A DNA stretch of 63,604 bases, filler included, from Octopus bimaculoides (Eukaryota): NCBI RefSeq assembly GCF_001194135.2. It is 5 parts of 5 records of this genome, joined end to end, with 100 filler letters (N's around TTAATTAATTAA, not from the genome) between each part and the next. Parts side by side here need not be neighbours in the genome. Positions count along the whole stretch, not along the records: positions 21,982 to 50,158 come from NC_068981.1; 4 more parts are not named here. One strand, written 5' to 3'. The first letter of the stretch is position 1. Each line of letters opens with the position of its first letter. Made by a program: the position numbers and the translations under genes. The notes beneath the pieces were generated by a model. That model saw only the letters and a program-made list of their open reading frames with translations, searched no databases and was not told the origin of the DNA. Below are positions 27,601 through 41,230 of the stretch, in pieces.

Positions 27601-30336
27601 GGCATTTTTATTTGCATATGTTCAGTATTGTTGTATGTGTAGGATGATTGAGACAAATATAACAAAAGATATTGACAGATTGATGTGCAATAGAGATTAC
27701 CAAACCGAACTTGCTTTTTTGTGTTTTTCAGAAAATTCTGCCTTCCTTAAAAATTAGCTGTTCTTTTTCTGCTCTATTGAATTATTTTGAACATAGCTGA
27801 CGAGAAACATAATCATTCACCTATAATCAATCTCATTATTCATCAATTAATACTTAATACTTGAAAGTCATGTAATTGATAATTAGTGTGTAAATTGACA
27901 TAGTCAAGTTACTTAATTTTAATTTAGAAAATTTACTGAAAAAGAAAAAAAAAAGGAAGAAGTGCTGTACATACTTTATTAAGAAATCTGTTACTTGTTT
28001 CAATTAATGAAATAATCAGTGTTATTGGCTGATAAAATTCCTGTTGCAGAAGAATGTGTTTGGTATGAAAAAGAAAAATGTTTATGAACTTTTGATTGGG
28101 AAAGCAAAATATTCAACTTGATATATGCAAAATTTTAAATGATATTATTTACAAGGTTATTCATTTGTCTAGATAGCAGAACAGTTTACTTGAAATGTAA
28201 GAGAAAAAACAGGGAACAGAAATGTCAACTTGAGAGTTTATTGGTGCAGCACAGTATTTTATCTTCATAAAAACAAAACGCACAAAAAAACTCAGTTAGG
28301 TCTCCATCAGCCACTGTTCACCTTATATCTGCATGATTGCATAGTGCTGGGCAATTTTTTTAAAGACCATCAGTGACTCATGCATGCAAACTACTCATCC
28401 TCTGGCCACTGATGTCTATTCAAAGGAAAGGTTGTCATGCCAAATCAACTGCTCTGGATTGGTACTTTTTGTATCAACTCCTGAATGAAGAACAAAGTTG
28501 ACCTTCCTGAGTTGGAGTGATTATCTTGAGGCATTTTAACCAGCATTGTAATGATTATGCCAAATCACTGTCTTATAATACTAATGCTTCTATAGCAATG
28601 AAAATTGGTTGCTTTTCTGTGTGTGTGTGTGTTTGTGTTAGATGACAACCACTATGCGCAGTGATGTGTTGTAAGACCCACTCAACCTGCACCATCCAGC
28701 AAGAAAAGCACAAATCTAAATGATCATCATCACTCTTTAACATCCATATTTCTTGCATAGATAACTCATTCCGTGGGCAGGTGCCCTTCCTCTTACCAAC
28801 CCTTGGCTTAATGCTCATTTACAACTGACACATGATGCCTAGGCATGGGTACACACATACACTTGCACATAAACACATACATACATGTGTACACACACAC
28901 ACATACATGACAGGCTTCTTTCGGTTTCTGTCTATAAATAACAAATTAAAAGTTGATAAACTAGAATGGCTTTCCATTATCTCTTTCAGCAGTTCATTAG
29001 AAGATTTAAGAACTACAATTGAATGGTATACTTGTCAGTTAGACAGTGTCTTTGCTTGCTTATATTGTACAATGAGGGTGGATTGACCTGAAGGAATAAA
29101 GTATTGGACTACATAGCTAGTGAACTCTCCTTTGCTGCAGGCATTAAATTGTTTTTGCAAGCAGAACACCTTATCTGACATTGTCTCTATCTAACTGCAA
29201 GCATCTGAGGATGTTACCTGCGATAGACTAGTGCATTGTATAGAGAAAGAATTATTTCTCTCTCTTAATGTTATAAAACTGGAGCTAATATATAAGGATG
29301 CTACAATCATTAAAGGTGGCAATTACATAATACAAATGTTGAAAAGAACAAAAATTGGGTGCAGTTGTGTTAGACTTCATGTAGAACTTAATTACATCAC
29401 TAATATTATTGATTTTCACTCTATAATTAATTCTGTTTAGTAAGAATGTTCGGTTGTGTCTAATTTATTATTGGAGCATTCTCTCATTTAAGGTTAACAA
29501 TAAATATTTGTTTGTTTTATTTATCTTGAATCGCTGACTATATCTCCATTTCTCCTAACAAGAAAATTGAGAATTAATTTATTTGACCTATCTAGTTTCA
29601 ATTTTTGGTTTGTACTTACTGTATTAGAACACCTGTACTAATGTACCTGATAGGTGTCAGATCCTTTTTGTAAAATCAGTATCTAATGATATTTCCAAAT
29701 TTGTAGCAAAAGATATTAAAAAAAAAAATCTTATGATCAATAATTGATTTCTGTATAGAACATAATTAAAGGACAGTAACACCAGTGATGTTTTTTTCTT
29801 ATTTAATAACTGTCTAGTTCATATTGTTTGAATTTTAGATGCATTCTATTTATAAAGCAATATGTTATGTAGCTGTACATTATAGTGCACTACACAATGG
29901 TTGCTTCATTAACATCTGTTTCCGAGAAATGTAGAAGTTTGTCACTATTTTGTGTTTGTTTTGTGTTGAAAATAAGTTCCATAAATTTTAACATTATTTC
30001 TTTGAATTTATGTTAGATATAATTCTCTTCAGCTTCTGATTTCTATTTGTTTATTTGTTCATTTTTCCATAAACTTGTACTTCTCTTTACTGCAACTGTT
30101 ACCATAATATATTTTCGACATCTGTTTAACTCAGTAAGAACTATTACACCCCCTCCCTGGCTACCATCATTAGTTTAGAATTACTGTAGACCAGCTGTGA
30201 ATAGATTCTGATTTCATGTTCGAACAGAGCAGACATCCTTATTGTTTTATATATTTCATGACTTAAAAAATTATAGCTCAGCCAAAATGTTTTTTAATTA
30301 TGTTGATGTTATTTCTCTAAATCAAGTAATGCTATG

Positions 30337-30387
<51 letters not shown>

Positions 30388-31141
30388 NNNNNNNNNNNNN
30401 NNNNNNNNNNNNNNNNNNNNNNNNNNNNNNNNNNNNNNNNNNNNNNNNNNNNNNNNNNNNNNNNNNNNNNNNNNNNNNNNNNNNNNNNNNNNNNNNNNNN
30501 NNNNNNNNNNNNNNNNNNNNNNNNNNNNNNNNNNNNNNNNNNNNNNNNNNNNNNNNNNNNNNNNNNNNNNNNNNNNNNNNNNNNNNNNNNNNNNNNNNNN
30601 NNNNNNNNNNNNNNNNNNNNNNNNNNNNNNNNNNNNNNNNNNNNNNNNNNNNNNNNNNNNNNNNNNNNNNNNNNNNNNNNNNNNNNNNNNNNNNNNNNNN
30701 NNNNNNNNNNNNNNNNNNNNNNNNNNNNNNNNNNNNNNNNNNNNNNNNNNNNNNNNNNNNNNNNNNNNNNNNNNNNNNNNNNNNNNNNNNNNNNNNNNNN
30801 NNNNNNNNNNNNNNNNNNNNNNNNNNNNNNNNNNNNNNNNNNNNNNNNNNNNNNNNNNNNNNNNNNNNNNNNNNNNNNNNNNNNNNNNNNNNNNNNNNNN
30901 NGTATATATATATATATATATATATATATAACACAAATAATAAATGAGTATATGCATATATACGTACAGGTATGTGCATACCTACGTCTACCTGTATATA
31001 TAGGTGCATATCTGGGTACAGGACATTGCAAACAAAACATACACAAGAAAATAATAATAACCAGAGTACAGAAAACACACCAGCCACATAGAGAACATTT
31101 TCCTTCATCAGCTACCCCCATTTTAACACTGGCGTTTCGAA

Positions 31142-31178
<37 letters not shown>

Positions 31179-32239
31179 TTTGAATTTAGTTCACGGACTC
31201 CCAGTACTACCTTTGCAGACCACCAGGGGTCCACAGACCACACATTGGGAATCACTGGAATATATGTCTTTCTAAGGAGAATAGTGAAGAGTATTACCAT
31301 TATCATTACTGCTACCTATACCAATTAACACAGCAGATATTGTTCAGTCATAAGTTTTCCTGAAGATATTTCTCTAATGAAGGCTTGCCTCTATTTTCAT
31401 GATAGACATAAAATACAGAGCTGCTGCACCTTTTTCTTGTTTCTGATAGACTATGCTTGAAGATTTGCTAATTAGTTAGTTTTAATTGTATAATGCATGA
31501 CTAAACTTTCACTTAGCATCTTAATCCTAATCCAGCTCTAAAAAATTTTTGTCATGATCTCAGCAATATAGAAACATATTTTTAATTATTTCTTTAATTT
31601 CTAGAGAAGAATAATTTAAGATTATGTTTGTGTTATTAATTGCAAATGATTAACTACCTGCTTAGGGCTCACTGGATTGAACATTTAATTAAGACATGTT
31701 ACTCTACTAGTCTTGATTAGTTAGTTGCTCTAGCTGTAAGCTATCAATTGTAGCATGAATGTTCAGCTGTAAGATCTACAAAGTTCTCACAATTTTTAAT
31801 TCCTATATCAATATCTGGTTTGGTAGAACAGCTTTAAAACATGAAAAATGTTAAAGATGGACCTCCACCCCTCAATAATAAATTAACAACATAGAATAAG
31901 TAGTAAAAACAAAGCTACAGCCTTATAGCCATTATATTGTGTTTGTTTTTGTCTGAGTTTCTGCATTATCACTCTACATTTATTACTCAGTCTGCTAGAA
32001 ATAGCCTCCCTTAACGCTTTTGTTACCTCATTTCTGTTGACATACACTGGTTTTGTTTCAGTTAATTTTAAAAATAATGAAGAATTTAGTATAATATCTT
32101 TAACCTTATTTAAGCTAGTTCTTGGAACATAAATTAATACAAAGTTTTGATGCAAGGTTTTGATTTAGTTCACATTACAACAGGAAGTGTGTATCATAGA
32201 ATCAAGGGTGGTCCCAGGGGGTTTGGTATCAAAAGGGTT

Positions 32240-32462
32240 AATTCACATCCATTAGCATTTAAACCAGCTATATCTGGCCTAAATATTTTACTTGTTTTAT
32301 GTTCAAACCAGCTAGATCTGGCCTCTCACACCTACCCTACAATATCATTCTAAAACTATACAATCACATTACTGAAATCTCAAATCTACAAGATAATACA
32401 TGGTTAATTCAAAACAATATGAATAAATAAGCATTACATTTGACAGAATGCTAAAGGGTTAA
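32240..32462. mobile_element. TTAA-ended MITE (piggyBac-like termini)
   Basis: Ends AATGCTAAAGGGTTAA, with a degenerate inverted left end TTAGCATTT. A second copy in opposite orientation lies at about 55780-56013. Confidence 0.6.
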
Positions 32463-34189
32463 AAAAAGAAAGAGAAGCATAAATCAACACATTTATGAAA
32501 ACCTACTGATAGAAAATAAAATACTATAGATATCATAGTATAGTTATATAGAGATTTTTTTTTTTTGATCAAGCAAAGTTGGCCAATTATTTTAGGGAAG
32601 AGTATCATACCAATAAAATGAATAATATTATGTTATTGGTACTGGTTTTATTGAGTGTTTAATGAGTGAATGGGTAAAGCATCCAGACTTAACAGACTGC
32701 TCATCTTGATTCTACATTTAAGAGCTTCATCTTTTGAATAACTTTCACTAGTGATTTATTTAAATCCAGCTTATCATGAGAATCTGTAAAAGAGCTTTCT
32801 TCAGATAAATAAATGCAAGATAAAAATTAACTGAAAACTACATTTGTGGTTTGAAATTATACAAACTACATTTTATCCAATTATAGTTCCATCCAACATT
32901 AACATTATTAATGAAAAAAAATTCTACTCATATAACTTTCCCTATTGACTGCTTCTTTTTCTACTGTGGCTGCCTACTGTATCAGTTACCAAAGTTAACA
33001 CAATCTAATTAACTGAGCAAGATATTAGCATAATACAAGCCTATTTCAAGGTTTTTAACATTTTAATTCATATTTTTAGCTCTGAACTTGAGCACAAACA
33101 TATCACAGAAGATCTCTTTTGAGCCTAATTATTTTAGTAGTCTATATCTCTGCTGGTCACAGAGGTAGTACCATAGCTAATGAAGGTTATTCAAGGTGTG
33201 GTTATCGCTAGTTGAACACTATATCTTTGGTCACTGTTCTACCAACATCAAGTTTGCAGGTGATGAAGTTGATTGCTGTGAACAGCCAGACACTCAACGG
33301 AAGGAAGCTGAAATAGATGATTATAAACTGTAAAGTCAACTAATTATGCACACTTTCCTTTTTTGGAAAGTGTCTGCATCTTCATACTATGCATGTTGCA
33401 GATAACTTCTATTTACTTCAGTTCTGAGAGTTGTCTTCTATCTACTCTTTAGTTGGTAACCACTTGTAGTAACACTCCCACTACTATTTTATGATTTATT
33501 TCTGTCATTACTAAATTGAAGTTAAGTATGTATAAGTTTTTGGTGCACTTAGATGATTATTTTAATTCAGTAGTTTTTAATTCACTCAGTTTGTCTAGAT
33601 ATAGTTTTTATGCTAGTTTTCCATAATTATTACTTAAACATAATTACTAGCTTGTGTTTCTACCCTACATTCAGTTAAACTAATGTATTTTGTTCTCAAC
33701 TCTTTTACACACATCATACCACAGAAGTTAGTAGTGATGTGCATATTGGAATGGAGAACAGTTGGGTAGGAAATACACTGAGAAGCTTATTAGCTGTAAT
33801 GAGGGAAGATAATGAAATTGCTTGACAGCTCACCAATGATCATATCTGAACCTACATTTTCTTCTGTATGAGGTATAAACATAGATGAACTAGTTGGTGG
33901 TAATTTGGATTTTTCTCTATGCCACAATTGGTTTTACAGTGTTTTTTTAACAATCAGTTCCTGGTTGGACACCTTATCACCGACAGTAATTTTGTTATGG
34001 CACTAACAAAATAGTGCTTATCTACACATACTATAAGTCTTATCGAGCTATTATTATATATATCAGGCCATGCTGGCTCTTTCTACTGCAAGTGTTTCAT
34101 CGTGACAGTACAGTTAATTTTGCACTCCTCAATTCATGAAAAGGTTGCAAGTAGATACCATATCATATAGACAAATAAATGGATTTAGA

Positions 34190-34440
34190 TTTAGAGACAT
34201 TTTTTTTTTGATGTTACAACATCGGTGATATTTTGTAGCTTAAGACTAGGGGGATTAAGGTGGGTGGTGTTCAGTTTGATGTCTGTAGAAACAATTTGGG
34301 CAGGGAGGAAATTCCAGAGGGTACAGTTATGGAAAAAGAGTAATGGAAAAGTGTTCGGTGCAGAGGCATAGGAGCTGAAACCTTGCATGGTTGAGGAAAG
34401 AGGATGACATGAGTGGAGAGCATATACAACTACCTAATTC
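34190..34440 (-). mobile_element. Degenerate CR1/L2-group LINE 3' relic
   Basis: Frameshifted minus-strand translation includes HRTLFHYSF and TLWNFLPAQI, resembling the FFxRTxxLWNxLP C-terminal motif. Confidence 0.45.
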
Positions 34441-35452
34441 AGATGAGTAGAATAAAATTTATTTCGCAGGAGCCTAATACTTGAAATTGGAGCTAAGCGA
34501 AGGTCTTTAAAAGTTGTTCAGTTATTAGGTCACCCTGAAATAATTTCTTTTGAATTTTCCTTGAATTCATTCCATTCTGGTTTACTCCCTCCACTACAGT
34601 GCAACTAGCTTCTTTATTTCCTCCATGTTATCCCCATCCCATCCCAGTCCACCTCCATGTTATTACGTTTGAACAATTCTAGATATCAATATCAATACTA
34701 CCCACTCTGAAACTAAATTATGTTTCTCACTCACTCCCATACAGACAAGACATTATTCTATTCTTTTTCAGTTCCTTTCACATCTCTGCATATTGTTTGA
34801 GATTCATTAAACTGGGTTGTATTACCACAAGCTATTGAAACAGGTTAATGTCTGTAAGTAATATTGTGCAAGAACTTATTTTAATTCCCTCCAATTCATG
34901 TTACAGAATTTTACAAAGTTGTACCAAAGCACCAGATTTCAGATGCATAGAAAAGAAATTGTATTTTAACCAACTCAGCAACATATCTATAGGGTAATTC
35001 ACGAAGGAAATAACTTTAGTTTTATTGAATAAATGAGGTTTTTAAAGTGTTCATTATAGCTACATCATTGAGTTACCTATATAAAATATCAGTTATTTAG
35101 TTATATAGACATTTATGCTGTGTTAAGTTCTGTCTATTTGATTCATTGTTTTTCATTGTCTTGTATCTGCTCTTCCTATGAAATAGTGAAACCTACATGG
35201 TTAGATTCAGAAATAGATCTAATTCTTGTTACAGCATTAATGGAAGGCACTGGTGTTTGTATAGAGAATAGAAAACTTTACTAGATGCTTACAGTATTTA
35301 GCTCAGTGTGGCACTGTTCTGAGTTAACAATTTTGAGAGAGAAAAAAATCAAGAGTTGGCTTGAATCTGATCCTCTGGGTCAATTCCAAATATTACCATT
35401 GAAAAGAAACTGGAGTCAGTTCAATTATTTAAATAGCGTGTGTTTATATATA

Positions 35453-35489
<37 letters not shown>

Positions 35490-38357
35490 TACATATGTGG
35501 AAATCTGTGGGTGTGTTTGTTTGTGGTGTTATCTAACTCTTCCTACATTGTTTTATCGATTTTGATGAAACTTGATGTGTGAGTAGAACTCATGTTTGGA
35601 AAACTAGTGACATACTTAGATTGTTGAAAAATTCAATAATAGGGCCCCTGGAAAGGATTCTTATATCTACTACATATAACTTATATATTATTTTGAAACA
35701 TCCAAGGGAAATAACTCATTCACTCCTGAAAGGGGCCCTTATATATATACCCAAGGGAAATAACCCATTCATGTTCGTAAATTATTTTGTATAAATCAAA
35801 TTGAGTATGCTTATTTCTTAGTACTTGAGCTATTTGAGTTAATTTTGCAATTTATCCAGTACAACGCTTAAACAAATAAATAGTATTTTCCTAAACAATA
35901 GATCCACTTAATTTGGTTAGTGACTTATTCACATATATACCAACACTAGCATTGCTGAGGGTAATATTCTCTACGAATGCACAAAAGCATTTTTCATAGT
36001 TATTTACTTTGAATTGTTATTTTCTCATAACATGTTGATGTCAATGAAAGTTTTAAAATTCTAATCTGAAATTCTTATGTTATCAGACTCTGACATTATA
36101 ACAGCTGTTGTTATTACTGTAGGGTGAGATTAAATGATATCTACTTATTTATAACAGACTACCAATATTTTTATGCTTGCAAGATGTACCAGTAACCTAT
36201 ATTATGATCAAAACTGTTAGAAAAATAAATCAGAAAGGGTAAATGAATGCGATTAAACAATAACTGTTTCTTTCTTTTCATAAAAGAACTATTTGTCTTA
36301 CTCAAGCTTATTTTTCTTAAAACACAACAACATTTCTATATATTTATTATTTAAATTTATCTTTGTAAGTGCAATCACATCAACAGATATTTTGCCGATG
36401 TTACAGACAACTTGTCAGAAACATGTTCATGTTTTTTGTTTTGACATTGATTCTATTTCTATTTCCATTGATATGAAAAGAATCGGATGCATGTATTCAA
36501 TTTAACTTAATTTTTATATTCATTGAACACCACTACAAAGAAAGTGAATTGCATCTAACAAAGAGGAAAAAAAAAACAATTATAAGAAATAACTATTAAT
36601 AAAGATAACAATTGATGAACACAATAAACATTAACTGATGATCACAGTGAGTTAGTTACAAATATGATAATAACATAATACCTTGAAAAGCTGACCTTGA
36701 GCCAGGTGGTGGAAGCTCTTATGTAGCAGTAAGGTAAGCCTACTGTGATAATAAACATTCCCGAACTACCAACACAATCTATAAATGAATATTTATGAAT
36801 ACATCATATTTTGATCTGTTCAATATCTGTTCATCTTTAACCTCATACTTCTATATTGGGTTTGGACTTACCAGCATTGTTTCTTAAAGCAGAGCACATG
36901 TAGAATAGCAAGATATTAGATGAGAACATTAAACTCTGCATTAGAAATAAATGCTTTTGCTTTAGAATCCTGTCCAGAAAAACTGTTTGAGAATAAGGTA
37001 TTTAATGACAGTCAAGGAAGAAATCTATTAGTGTTAAGTATATATGTGTGTATGCATGTATGCACACACACGCACGCACGCACGCACGCACTCACGCACG
37101 CACGCACGCACACACAGTTGATTTTTTATTCTACTTGCAGTGAAGTACCTGATGAATTGGCTGGTAATTTGTATGATGTAACACATCACTTATGGATAGA
37201 TTACCATGCTATTGAAACATATGTAGCTTGGTTTGAACTGTTATTGCCCATTCATCTCCTTTTATTATATTTCTTTGCCACATGACATATGTAACTAATG
37301 TTACTCCTGTGATTGTAGTTGTGGGGTACCAGATATCATTAAATAATTGTTCTTAATCTTGAGATGAAATGATAAAATAGGAACATTATTAATTATTTAA
37401 TGTTCCTACAGTGTAAACTGCTAGAGCTACTGAGCTAATATGCACAATCAATGTACACTCATATAACACATAGTGTGTGCATGTGTGTGTGTCTGTTATT
37501 TAGACATAAAAATATTGTAGCTATTGTCTGTAATGTTATGTGGTAGTGATTGTTAAGAATTTTGTGTGTTGAGTATGTATCTATCTACATCTCTCTCACA
37601 TTCAACTCATATCTTTTACTTTTTTCAGTCATTAGACTGTGGCCATACTGGGACACCTCTTTGAAGAAGTTTCTCTTTTGCTGGACCACTGAGTTACATG
37701 GGACATAAACATACCAACACTGATTGTCAAGTGCTGGTGGAGGACAGACACAAAAACACACACACACAGTGGGCTACCTTCAGTTTCTGTCTACCAAATT
37801 CACTCAAGGCTTTTGTCAGCTTGACTATAATAGATGATGCCCAAAGTACCATGCAAATTATGAAGTTTTTGTGATCAGATTTGTGGGCATAATGATATTG
37901 AATGCTGGGCAATCTACATAGAAAAATGAGTATTGGTTATTACAAGTACAATTAGTAGTTGTTACAATGCATTGGTTAGCGAGTGATGCAGTAGTGAGTG
38001 ATTTGAAGCCTTTAAACATAACTTTTTACCAAGATAAGGATTTCTAACTCATTAGCACATTCTGAAGGTTTGTCCAAAAAGGTCATCAAGTACGGTATCT
38101 TTGTGAGCTTTAACTGCATGCATCATATTCTTTACTGTTGTATGCAATGATGTTGTTGCATCACATTCTTCAGAGGCAGTGAAGTTTTAGTGATTGGCTC
38201 TCTTTTGTTCTTGCTTTCACAAGAGCTGTACTAAGTATTGATAAAACAAATCCCAATAATATGTTGAAGTTAATTTAATTGATTATGTTTTTTCTCTGAG
38301 GAAAAAAAAATCCTCTTGTTTCTGCCAAATAAATAAATAAATAAATAATAGAGATTG

Positions 38358-38526
38358 TTCTATATTTAAGAGATGAGGAATTATGTACATTATTTACATT
38401 TGATGGATATTTGTCCTCATCTTGTTTGTTGTTAACACAATGTTTCAGCTGATATACCTTCCAGCCTTCATCAGGTGTCTTGGGGAAATTTTGAACCTGG
38501 GTTCTTATTCCTAAGGTATTTTTCAA

Positions 38527-38576
<50 letters not shown>

Positions 38577-38828
38577 TCACTATGCCATATGCCCGTGGGC
38601 ATATGGCATAGTGGTTAAGAGTGTGGGCTACTAACCCCAAGATTAAGAGTTCGATTCCAAGCAGTGATCTGAATAATAATAATAGCATTGAAAAATACCT
38701 AAGGAATGAGAACCCAGGTTCGAAATTTCCCCAAGACACCTGATGAAAGCTGGAGGGTATATCAGCTGAAACATTGTGTTAACAACAAACAAGATAAAGA
38801 CAAATATCCATCAAATGTAAATAATGTA
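38358..38828. mobile_element. Head-to-head inverted pair of HHR-SINE copies
   Basis: Minus copy 38358-38594 and plus copy 38597-38828, with a perfect 17-bp central palindrome. Confidence 0.9.
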
Positions 38829-39059
38829 AGAAAGATTGTGTCAGGGAAATGTTGTTACTATAGAAAAATACAGAATGTCAAAATACAATACAATATCTAA
38901 TCCATTGCTTCGTTTTAAATTCAGATTTCATCAAGATTGACATTTTTTGTTCATACACACTTAAAATAAGATTCAGGTATTGTGCTTGAAATATATCCTC
39001 ATCTTTTGATATATGTTATACTATGTATAGTGAGAAAAGTTAAAAAATTATTATTTCTA

Positions 39060-39780
39060 AATAACTGCTGTCCTTGGAATATTCCTCTTATTGTTAAAGG
39101 GTCGGTTCCAACTGTCTTCTCTTTTCTTTGTGCTGACATACTTTTCCATGGCCAATGCGTGTCTTTAATGTTGGTACTGCTTTGTTTCTATAGTGTCCCT
39201 AGTATCCATGAGTATGGAATGCTATCAAATACCTTTTGGTAGCCATCCCAAAGTCATACTAAATTTTGCTTTCCTCTTTTTACTGTCTTCTGTGATTTCT
39301 CAGTTCACCAGTAACTGCTCTTTATAGCCATACATTTCTTCCCAGCATCCTTTCTGTTTTTCTAGTAATATATTGTTGTTGTGGTCCAGGTTTGTAATGA
39401 GTCTGTTGTACAGGATGGATGTGAAAACTTCATAAGTTGGTGGCAAGTGTGTTATAGGTTTATAATTTTGTGAGTTTCTGTTATTTTGTTTTGAGGGATC
39501 AGTTTGTTTTTTCTGTTCAGCATCCTGTCAAGCTCTATTTCTGGCTTGTTTATCATTTAATTGATTACTGTTGCTATATATTCATGGGTATTGCATAGAT
39601 GTTTTAGCTAGAAAGTAGGAACTTTGTCAATTCAAATGTTTTCTGTTAGTCTGCAATGTTTAAAGTATTTGTTATTTTTTTCCTTCTCTTTAACCAGGGA
39701 CCAAGCTTGTGGTATTTATTGCTTTTATGTTTGTCCTCTTTTCTGAACCATTGTACATTTTTATTGTGCCATATTCTTTC
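39060..39780 (-). mobile_element. Degenerate R4/Dong-clade non-LTR reverse transcriptase relic
   Basis: Minus-strand frames give DKVPTF*LKHLCNTHEYIA, NYKPITHLPPTYEVFTSILYNRL, QKGCWEEMYGYKEQLLVN, YQKVFDSIPYSWI and RGIFQG, in the order expected for R4/Dong RT; multiple stops and frameshifts. Confidence 0.8.
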
Positions 39781-40914
39781 CTTGTATCCCATTTTTATTA
39801 TCATTATCATATCAGCAGAGTTGCAGAAATAACTGAGTACTGGACAAAATATCTTTTTTTTTTGTTAGAACAGTGACTCTCTTACAGCACGTTGCAGTAC
39901 ACTGGTGTTCTGTGAAATGTAAGTAGGTGTGACCAGAAAATTAATAAAATTACATCTAAAAAATGTGAAAAATAAAATCTCAACTTCTAAAGATTACATT
40001 TTGATAACTGTGAGTCATTTCAGTAAAGAAATAATTTATAATTTTCTAAAGTTTAAATCATTTATATCTATCAGCTAAAATATATGTTTTTTTTTTCAAT
40101 ACATTTTTAAAACTTAATATTCAAAATGTTATAGAGTGTTTTTAGTTGGATTATGAGTTTAAAAAGAAAGTTTGGGAACCACTTCTCTATATACAATGCT
40201 TCAAGTGGAGTCAGTGACAGAATAACAACATAATTGCTTCAACTGCTCTCTGCTGACAAACATTTTCCAAAAATATCATTACAATTTAAAAAATAGGAAC
40301 TACTTATGAGAGGACATGATATGTAGGACAGAATACAACAAAACCAGAATAATTATAACAAGATTGTTGTTATTGTGTTGGATTCTGTAGTGTAAGAATA
40401 AATTTTTAGTGAATTGAGTTCTTGACCTGATTTTGATTTCTAGATAGAACCATTTCACTTGTTCTTATGAAAAGCTTGAATGTCACTTTGTTCTATATCT
40501 TCCCTTGTACATATCTGAGAATTTATGTCTGGATAAATAATTATTTTTACTAGAAATATTTGAAGAGCAATATTGTTTGGAATACCAGTGGCAATTTTAG
40601 TAGTATTTTTAGTTTGCCCTGGATAGTTCTGCTATTACTGACAGTTGCCTTGCTATCTTATTACACTGATTTGAACCCAACTTACAAAAGAGTTAAACTT
40701 TTTACGAGTAGGTCTTGTGGTTTGCAATGATCTCCATTAAACAACTAATTGAATTGATCTATTGAAAAATAAGCTTTTGTGTAGTGCAGTATTAGTCACA
40801 AAATACAAACTGTTCATCAGCTTGAACGTTGCACTCTTAACAGTATAGCCATATCTTAATTTTTCATAGCAACATTTTAAAAATTAATGAATTATTACTG
40901 TTTTTAGTTTGGCA

Positions 40915-41230
40915 TATGGCTCAGTGGTTAGAGCATTGGGCTTACAATCATGAGGTAGTGAATTTGATTCTGGACCAGGTTGTGTGTTGTGTTCTTGAGC
41001 AAGACACTTCATGTTGCTCTACTTCACTCAGCTGTTGAAATGAGTTGCAACGTCACTGGTGCCAAGCTGTATTGACTTTTGACTTTCCCTTGGATAACGT
41101 CAGTAGTGTGGAGAGAGAGGCTGGTATGCATGGGTGACTGTTGGTCTTCCATAAAAACAACCTTGCCTAGACTTGTCCCTTGGAGGAGAACTTTCTAGGT
41201 GCAATCTCATGGTCATTCATGATTGAAGGG
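40915..41230 (+). mobile_element. tRNA-derived SINE (head 1 + tail Y)
   Basis: TGGCTCAGTGGTTAGAG...GTGTTCTTGAGCAAGACACTTC...CACTCAGCTG, followed by a tail unlike those at 17070 and 53837. Confidence 0.8.

Noticed and set aside
30242-31275. Long ORFs of 200-313 aa (also at 1.6-2.2, 43.5-44.1 and 60.7-61.2 kb)
   Set aside because: They are open only because they cross N gaps and (TA)n tracts.
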